From Nanobdellota archaeon (GTDB lineage Archaea; Nanobdellota; Nanobdellia; Woesearchaeales; JAHWHD01): a stretch of 62,380 nt of DNA. Below, one piece after another: positions 18,088-26,048 of this stretch; position 1 is the stretch's first letter; every line of letters begins with the position of its first letter. The position numbers and the translations under genes were made by a program. The notes beneath the pieces are model-generated. The model made no database searches, was not told where the DNA came from, and was given only the letters and a program-made list of their open reading frames with translations. The stretch covers positions 1 through 62,380 of the forward strand of contig JAYENX010000050.1 of the NCBI GenBank assembly GCA_034722435.1. The letters are read 5' to 3'.

Positions 18088-18999
18088 TCAACCAGCCATT
18101 CGAAATTCGCCCACGTAATAATCAGGTTTAGAATTAACGACTTTTTTATTCTTTGTTTCTGAATGTTTTCCTACAACAGAAATACCCATACATGAAGATT
18201 GGAGAGTCATCGCATACTCTACTGCCTCTCTCACATCTAAATCATCCGATAAAATCCTTACATCTTCTCCAGCCATTTCAGCAATAGCGTACGCTGTAGA
18301 AACTAAATTAAGGTCAGCAGTTACACCGTTATGAAACTTTTCAATCGAATCTCTCACTCCAGATATAGAAATATTATGTACTCTATCAGATAAATCTCTA
18401 CAAATATTTGTAATCTTATCCTTCAACCTATCCCTTTTCTCAGGCTGTTTACAAAGTTCATTCGCTATACCTTCATACAACAATTCACAATCAGGCTCAT
18501 AATTAAACTCTCTAGCAGCAATATTCATTGCTTCCGTTCTATACATATCCATTGCAAGGTCTGTAAGCTGCCTTACAACACTTCTATCATGCATATACGC
18601 CTTTACAAGCCCAGGATTATCACGTGCAACTTCATAAGCCAAAGTCTTAGTCAATAACCCGCGAAACTGTTCAAAAAACTCACCAGTCTCAAAATCATGA
18701 ACTCTTGAAGAATCCTTTCTAAACAATCTAGAAATACTAAGAGTGTTATTATATTTATATATACTATTACCATATTTCCGTTCAAATTTTCGCAAAGCTT
18801 CAGCACCAAGATTACGCTTAGCAAACTCAATACCCATCCTTTTAGCATTAATCAAAGGATCAAACTTAACAGACTGTTGCTCGGCATTTTTCCAAGCATC
18901 AACCTCTCCAAGAACTTTAACAGTAACTCGATCATCTTTTCTTAAATGCGTTTTATCAATATCTTCAAGGCTACAAGTATCTAATATTGTAATAGTCAT
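18088..18999 (-). CDS. hypothetical protein, possibly a PIN-like nuclease split by a ~190-aa helical insertion
   Basis: N-terminal strand TILDTCSL and C-terminal ADLNLVSTAYAIAEMAGEDVRILSDDLDV resemble the first and last acidic PIN motifs. The start at ATG 18999 fits the promoter geometry. The ATG at 19017 is too close to the TATA box. Confidence 0.35.
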   Translation of the reverse strand: MTITILDTCSLEDIDKTHLRKDDRVTVKVLGEVDAWKNAEQQSVKFDPLINAKRMGIEFAKRNLGAEALRKFERKYGNSIYKYNNTLSISRLFRKDSSRVHDFETGEFFEQFRGLLTKTLAYEVARDNPGLVKAYMHDRSVVRQLTDLAMDMYRTEAMNIAAREFNYEPDCELLYEGIANELCKQPEKRDRLKDKITNICRDLSDRVHNISISGVRDSIEKFHNGVTADLNLVSTAYAIAEMAGEDVRILSDDLDVREAVEYAMTLQSSCMGISVVGKHSETKNKKVVNSKPDYYVGEFRMAG

Positions 19000-19020
19000 A
19001 TCCAAGAGATAAACCATCGA

Positions 19021-19064
19021 AATATTTAAAGATTTCGCTTTGTTACCACTTTAAAGAGACTAAG
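19021..19064 (-). promoter_or_regulatory. Copy 2 of the conserved ~43-nt promoter element
   Basis: The minus-strand reading is cttagtctctttaaagtggtaacaaagcgaaatctttaaatatt. It shares 34/43 identity with the secA copy. The TATA centre lies 27.5 nt from the ATG at 18999. Confidence 0.6.
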
Positions 19065-19165
19065 TAAAATGAAATACACACATCAAACAATTAACCACAC
19101 ATATTCAAAACCACAATTAATCTAAAAACAATCCAGAAATCATAAAAAAATAAAAAATAGAAAAT

Positions 19166-19405
19166 CTATTCATCAGAATTTTTAAACATTTTACCCGTAG
19201 CTGCAAGATATCCTAAACCAGCTAATGCACCCATAAAAGTGCCATATCCAACACAATATTGAACACCTTGGTCATATTTCATCTTCTCTGCAACTTTAAA
19301 AGGAGCTGTCCACTCTCCAGGTTCAAAATGATCAGTTGTAGCAGAAGCCACTAATCCTGCAATTCCTAATAACACTGCTGCTGCAGCTTTACTTTTTAAT
19401 GCCAT
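19166..19405 (-). CDS. small secreted/membrane protein (79 aa) with N-terminal signal and C-terminal Gly-rich TM
   Basis: An AAGGTGA Shine-Dalgarno. N-terminus AAAAVLLGIAGLVASA. C-terminus GTFMGALAGLGYLAATGKMFK. Confidence 0.5.
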   Translation of the reverse strand: MALKSKAAAAVLLGIAGLVASATTDHFEPGEWTAPFKVAEKMKYDQGVQYCVGYGTFMGALAGLGYLAATGKMFKNSDE

Positions 19406-19519
19406 TTATTTTCACCTTATATAATTTATAAACCTTGTAAACAAGAGTTTCTTATAAAAGTTATTCAAAACTCTAATGACTCGAAACATATATAAATCAC
19501 TTATTGATTCTATCCAAGT

Positions 19520-19777
19520 ATGGACGCAGTTATAGTAAGCTTCAGACGAAGCAGACACACCCAGAAGGATAATCATATGATTTTATCAGTTCCAGGTATC
19601 GAAGATAAGGAAAAAGCAACCCCTTTAGTAGGTAAAACAGTCGTTTTCACCACAGAATCCAAAAAGGAGATTAAAGGCAAAGTTGCAGCAGCACACGGCA
19701 CCAAAGGAGCCATTAGAGCCATTTTCGAGAAAGGAATGCCTGGTCAAAGCCTAGGAAAGAAAGTAAAAATCGAATAA
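19520..19777 (+). CDS. rpl35ae: 50S ribosomal protein L35Ae (eL33)
   Basis: RRSRHTQ...LVGKTVVF...GKVAAAHGTKGAIRAIFEKGMPGQSLGKKV matches the L35Ae signature. A TATA box lies about 27 nt upstream. Confidence 0.85.
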   Translation: MDAVIVSFRRSRHTQKDNHMILSVPGIEDKEKATPLVGKTVVFTTESKKEIKGKVAAAHGTKGAIRAIFEKGMPGQSLGKKVKIE

Positions 19778-19923
19778 ATCATAACCAAGACTTCTTTTTA
19801 TTTATTGTATTTCTTATTAATGTTATTCTATACACACAACTAATTATCAAATCAACTCCATAAACTACTAAGAACACCAATTATAAAATATTAGAAAAAA
19901 GTTAAATAAAATATTTATTCTCC

Positions 19924-20058
19924 TTAACCACATATACTTAGAGCAGTAGGTATAATATCTGTAGCTACAAGATATGTTAGAATGATTCCAAATAATAAAC
20001 CTGTAACAAACCCTTTCACAAGATCTGCAAAGCTTGTAATAAAACCTCTTTTATCCAT
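19924..20058 (-). CDS. 44-aa single-TM mini-protein downstream of secA
   Basis: Not in the ORF track because it is under 60 aa. Sequence MDKRGFITSFADLVKGFVTGLLFGIILTYLVATDIIPTALSICG. An AAGGTGAT Shine-Dalgarno sits 5 nt upstream. It lies 60 nt after the secA stop on the same strand. Confidence 0.45.
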   Translation of the reverse strand: MDKRGFITSFADLVKGFVTGLLFGIILTYLVATDIIPTALSICG

Positions 20059-20118
20059 GACTATCACCTTCTTTTAAACAATTAATAGAATATGAGTTTA
20101 TAAATATTTCTAATTATT

Positions 20119-22605
20119 TCAGAGCACCGAATCAAGGAACCCTGCATTAATCCTATCCCACATTTTTTGATACATCAGATTACCATCATCTCCGTACCTC
20201 CTTTTAGGCGGAATTGTAGAATTTTTCTGAGTCATATAAATAATATCTTTTAATTTACCCATTTCAGTAAGATGTTCTTGCCATGAAACATCAATCGCAT
20301 TTAACATAGCCTTTCGTTCTACTCCTCCCATAACCTCAGAACCAAGACGTTTAACTCTTTTAACGTACGCATCATGCACTTTAATATACAAAAATTTAGC
20401 CACATCTTCTTCAGATTCTAAAACCTCGGCTGTGACATCAGCATCTAAAACAACATTTGCCCATTCAGATAATCGATCATAATCAACATTTGATTCTTCA
20501 GAAAGTATTTTAACTGTGGACACTACTCCATCCCATAATCTATCAAGAGTTTTGTCTTGATTATATTCGGTAGAAGTCAATAAACTCTGCCTTAAAGAAT
20601 ATGTCGCAGCTCTATGTCCCTCCAATACATCTGAAAATTCTTTAAGAGATTTTCTCCCATCAAAATGCATAGATTCAACACGTTTTTGAGAATCTTTTAT
20701 CAACCTAGTAACCTGACCAGATTCAATAGATTCGCCATATTCACCAAGTCTACGAAAAACTTTTTTTACCATCTCCCCACCAAATATTTTAATTATATCA
20801 TCTTCAAGAGAAACTTTAAATCTTGACTCACCAGGATCACCCTGCCTACCACCTCTGCCTCTTAACTGATTATCGACTCTCCTCGAATGATGCCTTTCAG
20901 TTCCAAGAATATATAAACCACCAAGCTCAATAATTTCATCATGTTCAGTTTGCCACTTTTCTAAAGCCTCAGAACCTTCAGGCTTTTTTCCACCAAGCTC
21001 AATATCTGTCCCTCTTCCAGCCATGTTTGTTGCAACAGTCACAGCACCTTTCTTACCAGCATCTGCAATAATCTTACCTTCTTCTTCATGATTCTTTGCA
21101 TTAAGAACATTATGAGGAATTTTTAATTCCTTCAACATCCCACTAAGATTCTCTGAAGCTTCAACAGATTTAGTACCAATCAAAATTGGCCTTCTTTTTT
21201 CATACGACTGTTGCACATCCTTAACCACAGCTTCCCATTTTTCTTTTGCAGTTAAATATACTTCATCAAGTTGTTCTTTTCTAATTAACGGTTTATTAGT
21301 AGGTATTTCAACCACTTCCAAATTATAAGTCTTATTAAATTCTGCAGCATCAGTCATAGCAGTACCAGTCATTCCAGATAGTTTATCATATAAACCAAAA
21401 AAGTTTTGAAACGCTATCTGAGCAATAGTTCTATTCTCTGATTTTACACGAACACCATCCCTCAAATGTCTCGCCTCAACAGCTTGATGTAAACCCTCAC
21501 TCCAACGCCTTCCAGGCTGTTTTCTACCAGTTTGCTCATCAATAATGACAATCTCATCATCATAAACAACATAATCTTTATCTTCATTATAAAGTTCTTT
21601 TGCATATAAAGACTGTAAAACTTGGTGTTCCATAACAGCTTGCTCAGGATTATGAAACTCTACTTCCTCATTGACAAGATCTGAAAGCTTTCTTTCAGCC
21701 TTTAATGTACCATCAGAAGTCAATACTATTGTATGTTTCTTTTTATCAACTGTATAATCTCCACCCTCTTTAAGGATATTCGCTGCCTCTAAAGCATTAT
21801 AATATCCTTCAACAGGAGTATCAGTCTGTCCCGAAATTATCAAAGGCGTTCTAGCTTCATCAATAAGTAAACTATCAACCTCATCAACCACAGCAAAAGC
21901 AAAACCTCTCTGAACCTGTTCATCAACTGAAAGAGCCATATTATCTCTCAAGAAATCAAACGCGAACGTATTACCAGTACCATAAGTAATATCACAATTA
22001 TAAGCTTCTTTTTTTTCTAATTCTGAAGAATCTTGTTTAACTGTTCCAACTGTTAAACCTAAAAACTCATATACAGGTTTCATTAAATCCTTATCTCTAT
22101 CAGCAAGATAATCATTAACAGTTATAACGTGTACAGGATCTCCCATTAAAGCGTTTAGATAAGCAGGAAGTGTAGCTGCAAGAGTTTTACCCTCACCAGT
22201 CACCATCTCAGCAATCTTTCCTTGATGAAGAACCATACCACCTATAAGCTGAACATCATAATGTCTTTGTCCAATAGTACGTTTTGCAGTTTCTCTGACA
22301 ACAGCATAAGCCTCTGGCAGAAAATGATCAAACACTTTCTGCCTGATCTCAACTTTCTGTTTAGTAGATTTAGTATCATATTTTACTTTATCATAAATTG
22401 TTTGAATTCTTTCCCTAAACTCACCAGTTTTTGATTTTAAATCATCATCAGAAAGACTAGTAAGATGAGATTCAAGAGAATTAATCTTATCAATAGTTGG
22501 AGCTAAAACATCCAATTCACGTTCATTGCTACTGCCAAATACAGTCAATAAACCGTTATGTACAGCACCAGTCATAGTATGCCATATATCTGTTAAACCA
22601 ACCAT
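20119..22605 (-). CDS. secA: preprotein translocase ATPase SecA (bacterial type, no C-terminal zinc finger)
   Basis: N-terminus LLTVFGSSNERELD..INSLE..LSDDDLKSKTGEFRERI, Walker A MVTGEGKTLAATLPAYLNAL, DEAD-like VDEVDSLLIDEARTPLIISG, TNMAGRGTDI, and HHSRRVDNQLRGRGGRQGDPG. The start at ATG 22605 is 26.5 nt from the TATA centre. ATG 22575 is an alternative. The TTG at 22626 is rejected. Confidence 0.93.
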   Translation of the reverse strand: MVGLTDIWHTMTGAVHNGLLTVFGSSNERELDVLAPTIDKINSLESHLTSLSDDDLKSKTGEFRERIQTIYDKVKYDTKSTKQKVEIRQKVFDHFLPEAYAVVRETAKRTIGQRHYDVQLIGGMVLHQGKIAEMVTGEGKTLAATLPAYLNALMGDPVHVITVNDYLADRDKDLMKPVYEFLGLTVGTVKQDSSELEKKEAYNCDITYGTGNTFAFDFLRDNMALSVDEQVQRGFAFAVVDEVDSLLIDEARTPLIISGQTDTPVEGYYNALEAANILKEGGDYTVDKKKHTIVLTSDGTLKAERKLSDLVNEEVEFHNPEQAVMEHQVLQSLYAKELYNEDKDYVVYDDEIVIIDEQTGRKQPGRRWSEGLHQAVEARHLRDGVRVKSENRTIAQIAFQNFFGLYDKLSGMTGTAMTDAAEFNKTYNLEVVEIPTNKPLIRKEQLDEVYLTAKEKWEAVVKDVQQSYEKRRPILIGTKSVEASENLSGMLKELKIPHNVLNAKNHEEEGKIIADAGKKGAVTVATNMAGRGTDIELGGKKPEGSEALEKWQTEHDEIIELGGLYILGTERHHSRRVDNQLRGRGGRQGDPGESRFKVSLEDDIIKIFGGEMVKKVFRRLGEYGESIESGQVTRLIKDSQKRVESMHFDGRKSLKEFSDVLEGHRAATYSLRQSLLTSTEYNQDKTLDRLWDGVVSTVKILSEESNVDYDRLSEWANVVLDADVTAEVLESEEDVAKFLYIKVHDAYVKRVKRLGSEVMGGVERKAMLNAIDVSWQEHLTEMGKLKDIIYMTQKNSTIPPKRRYGDDGNLMYQKMWDRINAGFLDSVL

Positions 22606-22626
22606 ATCCTTACCATAGAAAAACAA

Positions 22627-22669
22627 CTATTTAAATGTTTCGTTTTGTTGCCACTATTAAGTGACTAAC
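22627..22669 (-). promoter_or_regulatory. Copy 3 of the conserved ~43-nt promoter element (secA promoter)
   Basis: The minus-strand reading is gttagtcacttaatagtggcaacaaaacgaaacatttaaatag. It contains a CGAAA BRE and a TTTAAATA TATA box. Confidence 0.6.
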
Positions 22670-22753
22670 AAACAGAAGCTTTAAATACAACTCACACATA
22701 CCAGTCAAGTAATAATAAGAATCATAATAAAAAACCTTACGGAGGGATAATAA

Positions 22754-23560
22754 ATGGTCAACGGAACATCAGCATCACCTACAGGATATTCAATAAGAGA
22801 TTCAAAAATAACTAAATATATCATAGGAGGACTCGCAGTAGCAACTTTATTAGGAAGTTTCGGATACCTTTTCTCAGGATGTTCATCTTCAAAACCTAAA
22901 AAACCGTCTAAACTTGAACAAACACTAGAATTTGGAAATGCTAAAGAAATCAAATTTCCAACAGGAAAAATTTCTAAAAAAGGTTTCAGACTTTACGATG
23001 TGTTAGGTGGTGTCATAAAAGGCGATAAACATGTTGAAGGAACAGGTTCACAATTTATCTGGAACAAAACCACTAACAAATTCAGCGTAAGAGTTGCTAA
23101 AGGTCTAGAAGTAGTTGATAAAATATACACAGATAGAGCTTGCACTCAAAAAATGGATGCAAAATTCATAGGTTATAGTGCAAATACTAAATCTGATGGA
23201 AGTGGTTTACACGGAACTGTGAATAAATACTGGAGATTAACAAACGGATCAGAAGTATCTAAAGAGTTCGCTCCAGCAAATAATCAGGCCTACACAAACA
23301 ATCTTGCAAAAGCTAACGAGTTTTTCACATACGCTAAAAATGCGCACGAAGAAAACATAAAAAACAGACATAAAAGAGCTATTGCAGCACAGAAAGCAAG
23401 TGCCGATAGGATTAAAGCACCAAACGCTAAAAAACCTAAAGCAACAGTTCCTGATAGAAATTTACCATCAGCTAGCACAGCAAATACATTTTTAGGAACA
23501 AGTGCATCCGCAAATAACGGAACAGTAACTCCTGCACTTCCAAAAGTTAGAACAAATTAA
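22754..23560 (+). CDS. lipobox-anchored surface protein, paralogous module shared with the ORF at 23630
   Basis: GGAGGG Shine-Dalgarno. TM/signal ending in LFSGC. GTGSQFIWNKTTNKFSVRVAKG and PANNQAYTNNLAKANEFFTYAK align with segments of the 774-aa neighbour. Confidence 0.6.
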   Translation: MVNGTSASPTGYSIRDSKITKYIIGGLAVATLLGSFGYLFSGCSSSKPKKPSKLEQTLEFGNAKEIKFPTGKISKKGFRLYDVLGGVIKGDKHVEGTGSQFIWNKTTNKFSVRVAKGLEVVDKIYTDRACTQKMDAKFIGYSANTKSDGSGLHGTVNKYWRLTNGSEVSKEFAPANNQAYTNNLAKANEFFTYAKNAHEENIKNRHKRAIAAQKASADRIKAPNAKKPKATVPDRNLPSASTANTFLGTSASANNGTVTPALPKVRTN

Positions 23561-23629
23561 TTGTTTTTATTTTTTTCAATAATTATTAAATTAAAAAGGG
23601 AATAAAACACTTATCGAGGAGGATAAATA

Positions 23630-25954
23630 ATGTCATTAATAGACAAAATAAAAAATTATATTCCATCAACCAGAACATTACTAAAAGGTACAGCAATCGG
23701 AATAGGCTTAGGACTCTTCGCTATGTATGCGGCAGCAAGCACTGCTGAAGCTAGAACTATTAAATTTGAAATTAAAGGAAAACAAAACCCTTACCAAGTA
23801 CTTCAAAAAAAAGGAGGAGATGATCAAAAGAGAGTTTACAAGTTCTTAGGAAAACAAAAAAAACCAAATTCAGGAAAAACACTTGCACACTGCCTAGGCG
23901 GTAAATATAAGGTTACTATAGATGATTCTACTAATGAAGTTACTAAAATAAAAGGAAAACTTCCTAGATGGTACAACCCATCTGTAAATGCAGCAACAAC
24001 AGCTCAAACAAGACAAAGTTCTAGAACTCAAACTAGAACCGCAGCTAATACTACAAAAAAAATAGCACAAGATAATAGCTACAAAATCAAAGTAAATTAT
24101 TATGATAAAAATGGTCAACCAAAGGGGTCTGCTTTCGAAGTAGTTCCAAACGGAAAAGTCCCTGAACAAGGTTGGAATCTTGAACATAAAGGAGACAACT
24201 TCATCTTTAACAAAGCACTTAATAGATTCAGAGTTAAATACGGCAAAAATAAAAGACCAAATGTTAAACAATTCTTTGGCGAGAAATACCTTAAATATAG
24301 CAGAAGAGAAATCTTCGGATTAGAAGGAGTTGTAAAAAAAGGCAAAGTTGGCGACAACATAAGTATATTCTTAGTAAAAGAATCAAAAGGTAAACCAGTT
24401 AAAGAACTTGAAAAGTATCCTATAAGTGCAAACAATCAAGCACACACAAATCTTAAACAAGACATAACAGATTATCTTAGTTTTGCATCAAAAGAATCAA
24501 AAAAAGCATTCAAACACCAAAGAAAAGAAGTGTTAGAAACTCTTAGTAACACAAGTAACATAAGAGTTCCTACAATGGGAAATCTTAAAACCTTTTTACT
24601 TGGTGGAAGCACACCTACTACTCCAAATAGAAATACAAGATTACCTTATGCTAACACAGGAAATACATACGTAGGCGCAAGTAATACAGCTAGTATAGGA
24701 GCAACAGGATTAGCTACCGCAGGTGCAGCAGCAACTATATACACTACAAATCCAGTATCAATAAGATCTGTGCCAAGTTCAACTACATCAACAACCAGTA
24801 CAGCAGCGACAAGAACAGTAACTTCGACAGCATCAACTGGAAGAACCACACCCACAACTCTAACAATAACATCAATAGCAAGTACAACTCCAACAACATC
24901 AGTAAGAAGTACACCCGCTACAACTAAAACAACAGACTCAAATTTAACAATGCCTAGTTATACATTACCAAAATCAACACCATTCAACATAAATTCAAAT
25001 AACAAAAGTACAACCCCTAAACCAAAAAGTAAAGCAAAACCAGTAACAAAACCAACAACTTTCACAGGCAACGAAAAAACTAATAAGAAAAAGAACCAAT
25101 ACGATTGGGGAAAAACAATTAAAATAAACCTTGGCAATAAAGTTATAAAATTCCAAGTTCAAGGAAAACCTCACAGTTATAGAGACGGTATATTTAACAG
25201 CGGAGAATGGGGCTTTAAAAGTTTTATAGGTAATCAAAAGAGAAACACAGGTTACAAATTAGTCAAAGATCTATACAAAAGTAAAAGTACTGAGATTAAT
25301 GCTATTAAAGATGTAAATGGAACTTTCACATATCAGAAGAAATCTAGCGGATGGGAGAAAGTAGTTATACCAGTAGAACCAAAAGTTGTAATATCAAAAC
25401 CTACAGCAGTACCTACTCCAACACCTAAACCTGCTAGAAGACGAATTAAACTTAGATCAACTCCAAAAGCAACACCAAAAAGAGTGGCTAAACCAACTCC
25501 CTCTGTTACACCAACTCCAAGTCCTACACCAAAACCAACAACAGTAGATGACTCAACATTTGACGGTATTTTTGAAAATCCTGAACCAAGATTTTTTAAA
25601 CCTACTAGAAGAGCTACTCCAACACCAACAGTTACACCAAGTCCTACTGCAACACCTACACCAACTCCAGCTACAACAGCAAGTGGAACAGTAACAGCTT
25701 CATCCACTCCTAAACCTAAAACATGGAAAGAATTTGATATACCTCCATCATTCATACCATTAATACCAAAACATATTACAACCGTAGAACAATTTCAAGG
25801 ATCTACTAAAAATGATATTAAAATAACGCATTCCCCAACAAAAGTCACATTAACACCAAAGAATAATATTATTGTAACATACGATGATGAAGTAACAAAA
25901 CCAGTTAAAGTACCACCATATATGCACAGGGAACTTAAAAGATTAAGAAAGTAA
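23630..25954 (+). CDS. large signal-anchored surface protein with two Thr/Ser/Pro-rich mucin-like tracts
   Basis: GAGGAGG Shine-Dalgarno. Signal GTAIGIGLGLFAMYAAASTAEA. Repeated basic beta-rich modules. T/S tract at ~24770-24940 and TP-rich tract at ~25400-25725. Confidence 0.6.
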   Translation: MSLIDKIKNYIPSTRTLLKGTAIGIGLGLFAMYAAASTAEARTIKFEIKGKQNPYQVLQKKGGDDQKRVYKFLGKQKKPNSGKTLAHCLGGKYKVTIDDSTNEVTKIKGKLPRWYNPSVNAATTAQTRQSSRTQTRTAANTTKKIAQDNSYKIKVNYYDKNGQPKGSAFEVVPNGKVPEQGWNLEHKGDNFIFNKALNRFRVKYGKNKRPNVKQFFGEKYLKYSRREIFGLEGVVKKGKVGDNISIFLVKESKGKPVKELEKYPISANNQAHTNLKQDITDYLSFASKESKKAFKHQRKEVLETLSNTSNIRVPTMGNLKTFLLGGSTPTTPNRNTRLPYANTGNTYVGASNTASIGATGLATAGAAATIYTTNPVSIRSVPSSTTSTTSTAATRTVTSTASTGRTTPTTLTITSIASTTPTTSVRSTPATTKTTDSNLTMPSYTLPKSTPFNINSNNKSTTPKPKSKAKPVTKPTTFTGNEKTNKKKNQYDWGKTIKINLGNKVIKFQVQGKPHSYRDGIFNSGEWGFKSFIGNQKRNTGYKLVKDLYKSKSTEINAIKDVNGTFTYQKKSSGWEKVVIPVEPKVVISKPTAVPTPTPKPARRRIKLRSTPKATPKRVAKPTPSVTPTPSPTPKPTTVDDSTFDGIFENPEPRFFKPTRRATPTPTVTPSPTATPTPTPATTASGTVTASSTPKPKTWKEFDIPPSFIPLIPKHITTVEQFQGSTKNDIKITHSPTKVTLTPKNNIIVTYDDEVTKPVKVPPYMHRELKRLRK

Positions 25955-25994
25955 TCACTCAAAAGGGACAACAAAAGCGAAACATTTATATATT
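25951..25994 (+). promoter_or_regulatory. Copy 4 of the conserved ~43-nt promoter element
   Basis: The sequence gtaatcactcaaaagggacaacaaaagcgaaacatttatatatt overlaps the stop codon of the 774-aa gene. The expected transcription start near 26015 gives a 34-nt leader with an AGGAGTG Shine-Dalgarno before the ATG at 26049. Confidence 0.55.
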
Positions 25995-26048
25995 AGCTCG
26001 ATTTATTCTTTAATATTAACTATAATAATCATAAAGGAGTGATACAAA

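Noticed and set aside
25333-25755. 140-aa Gly/Val-rich minus-strand ORF, and similar ORFs at 24646-24855 and 34825-35205
   Set aside because: These are antisense shadows of the Thr/Pro-rich (ACN/CCN) and Pro-rich coding tracts. They lack a Shine-Dalgarno or promoter and have low-complexity composition.
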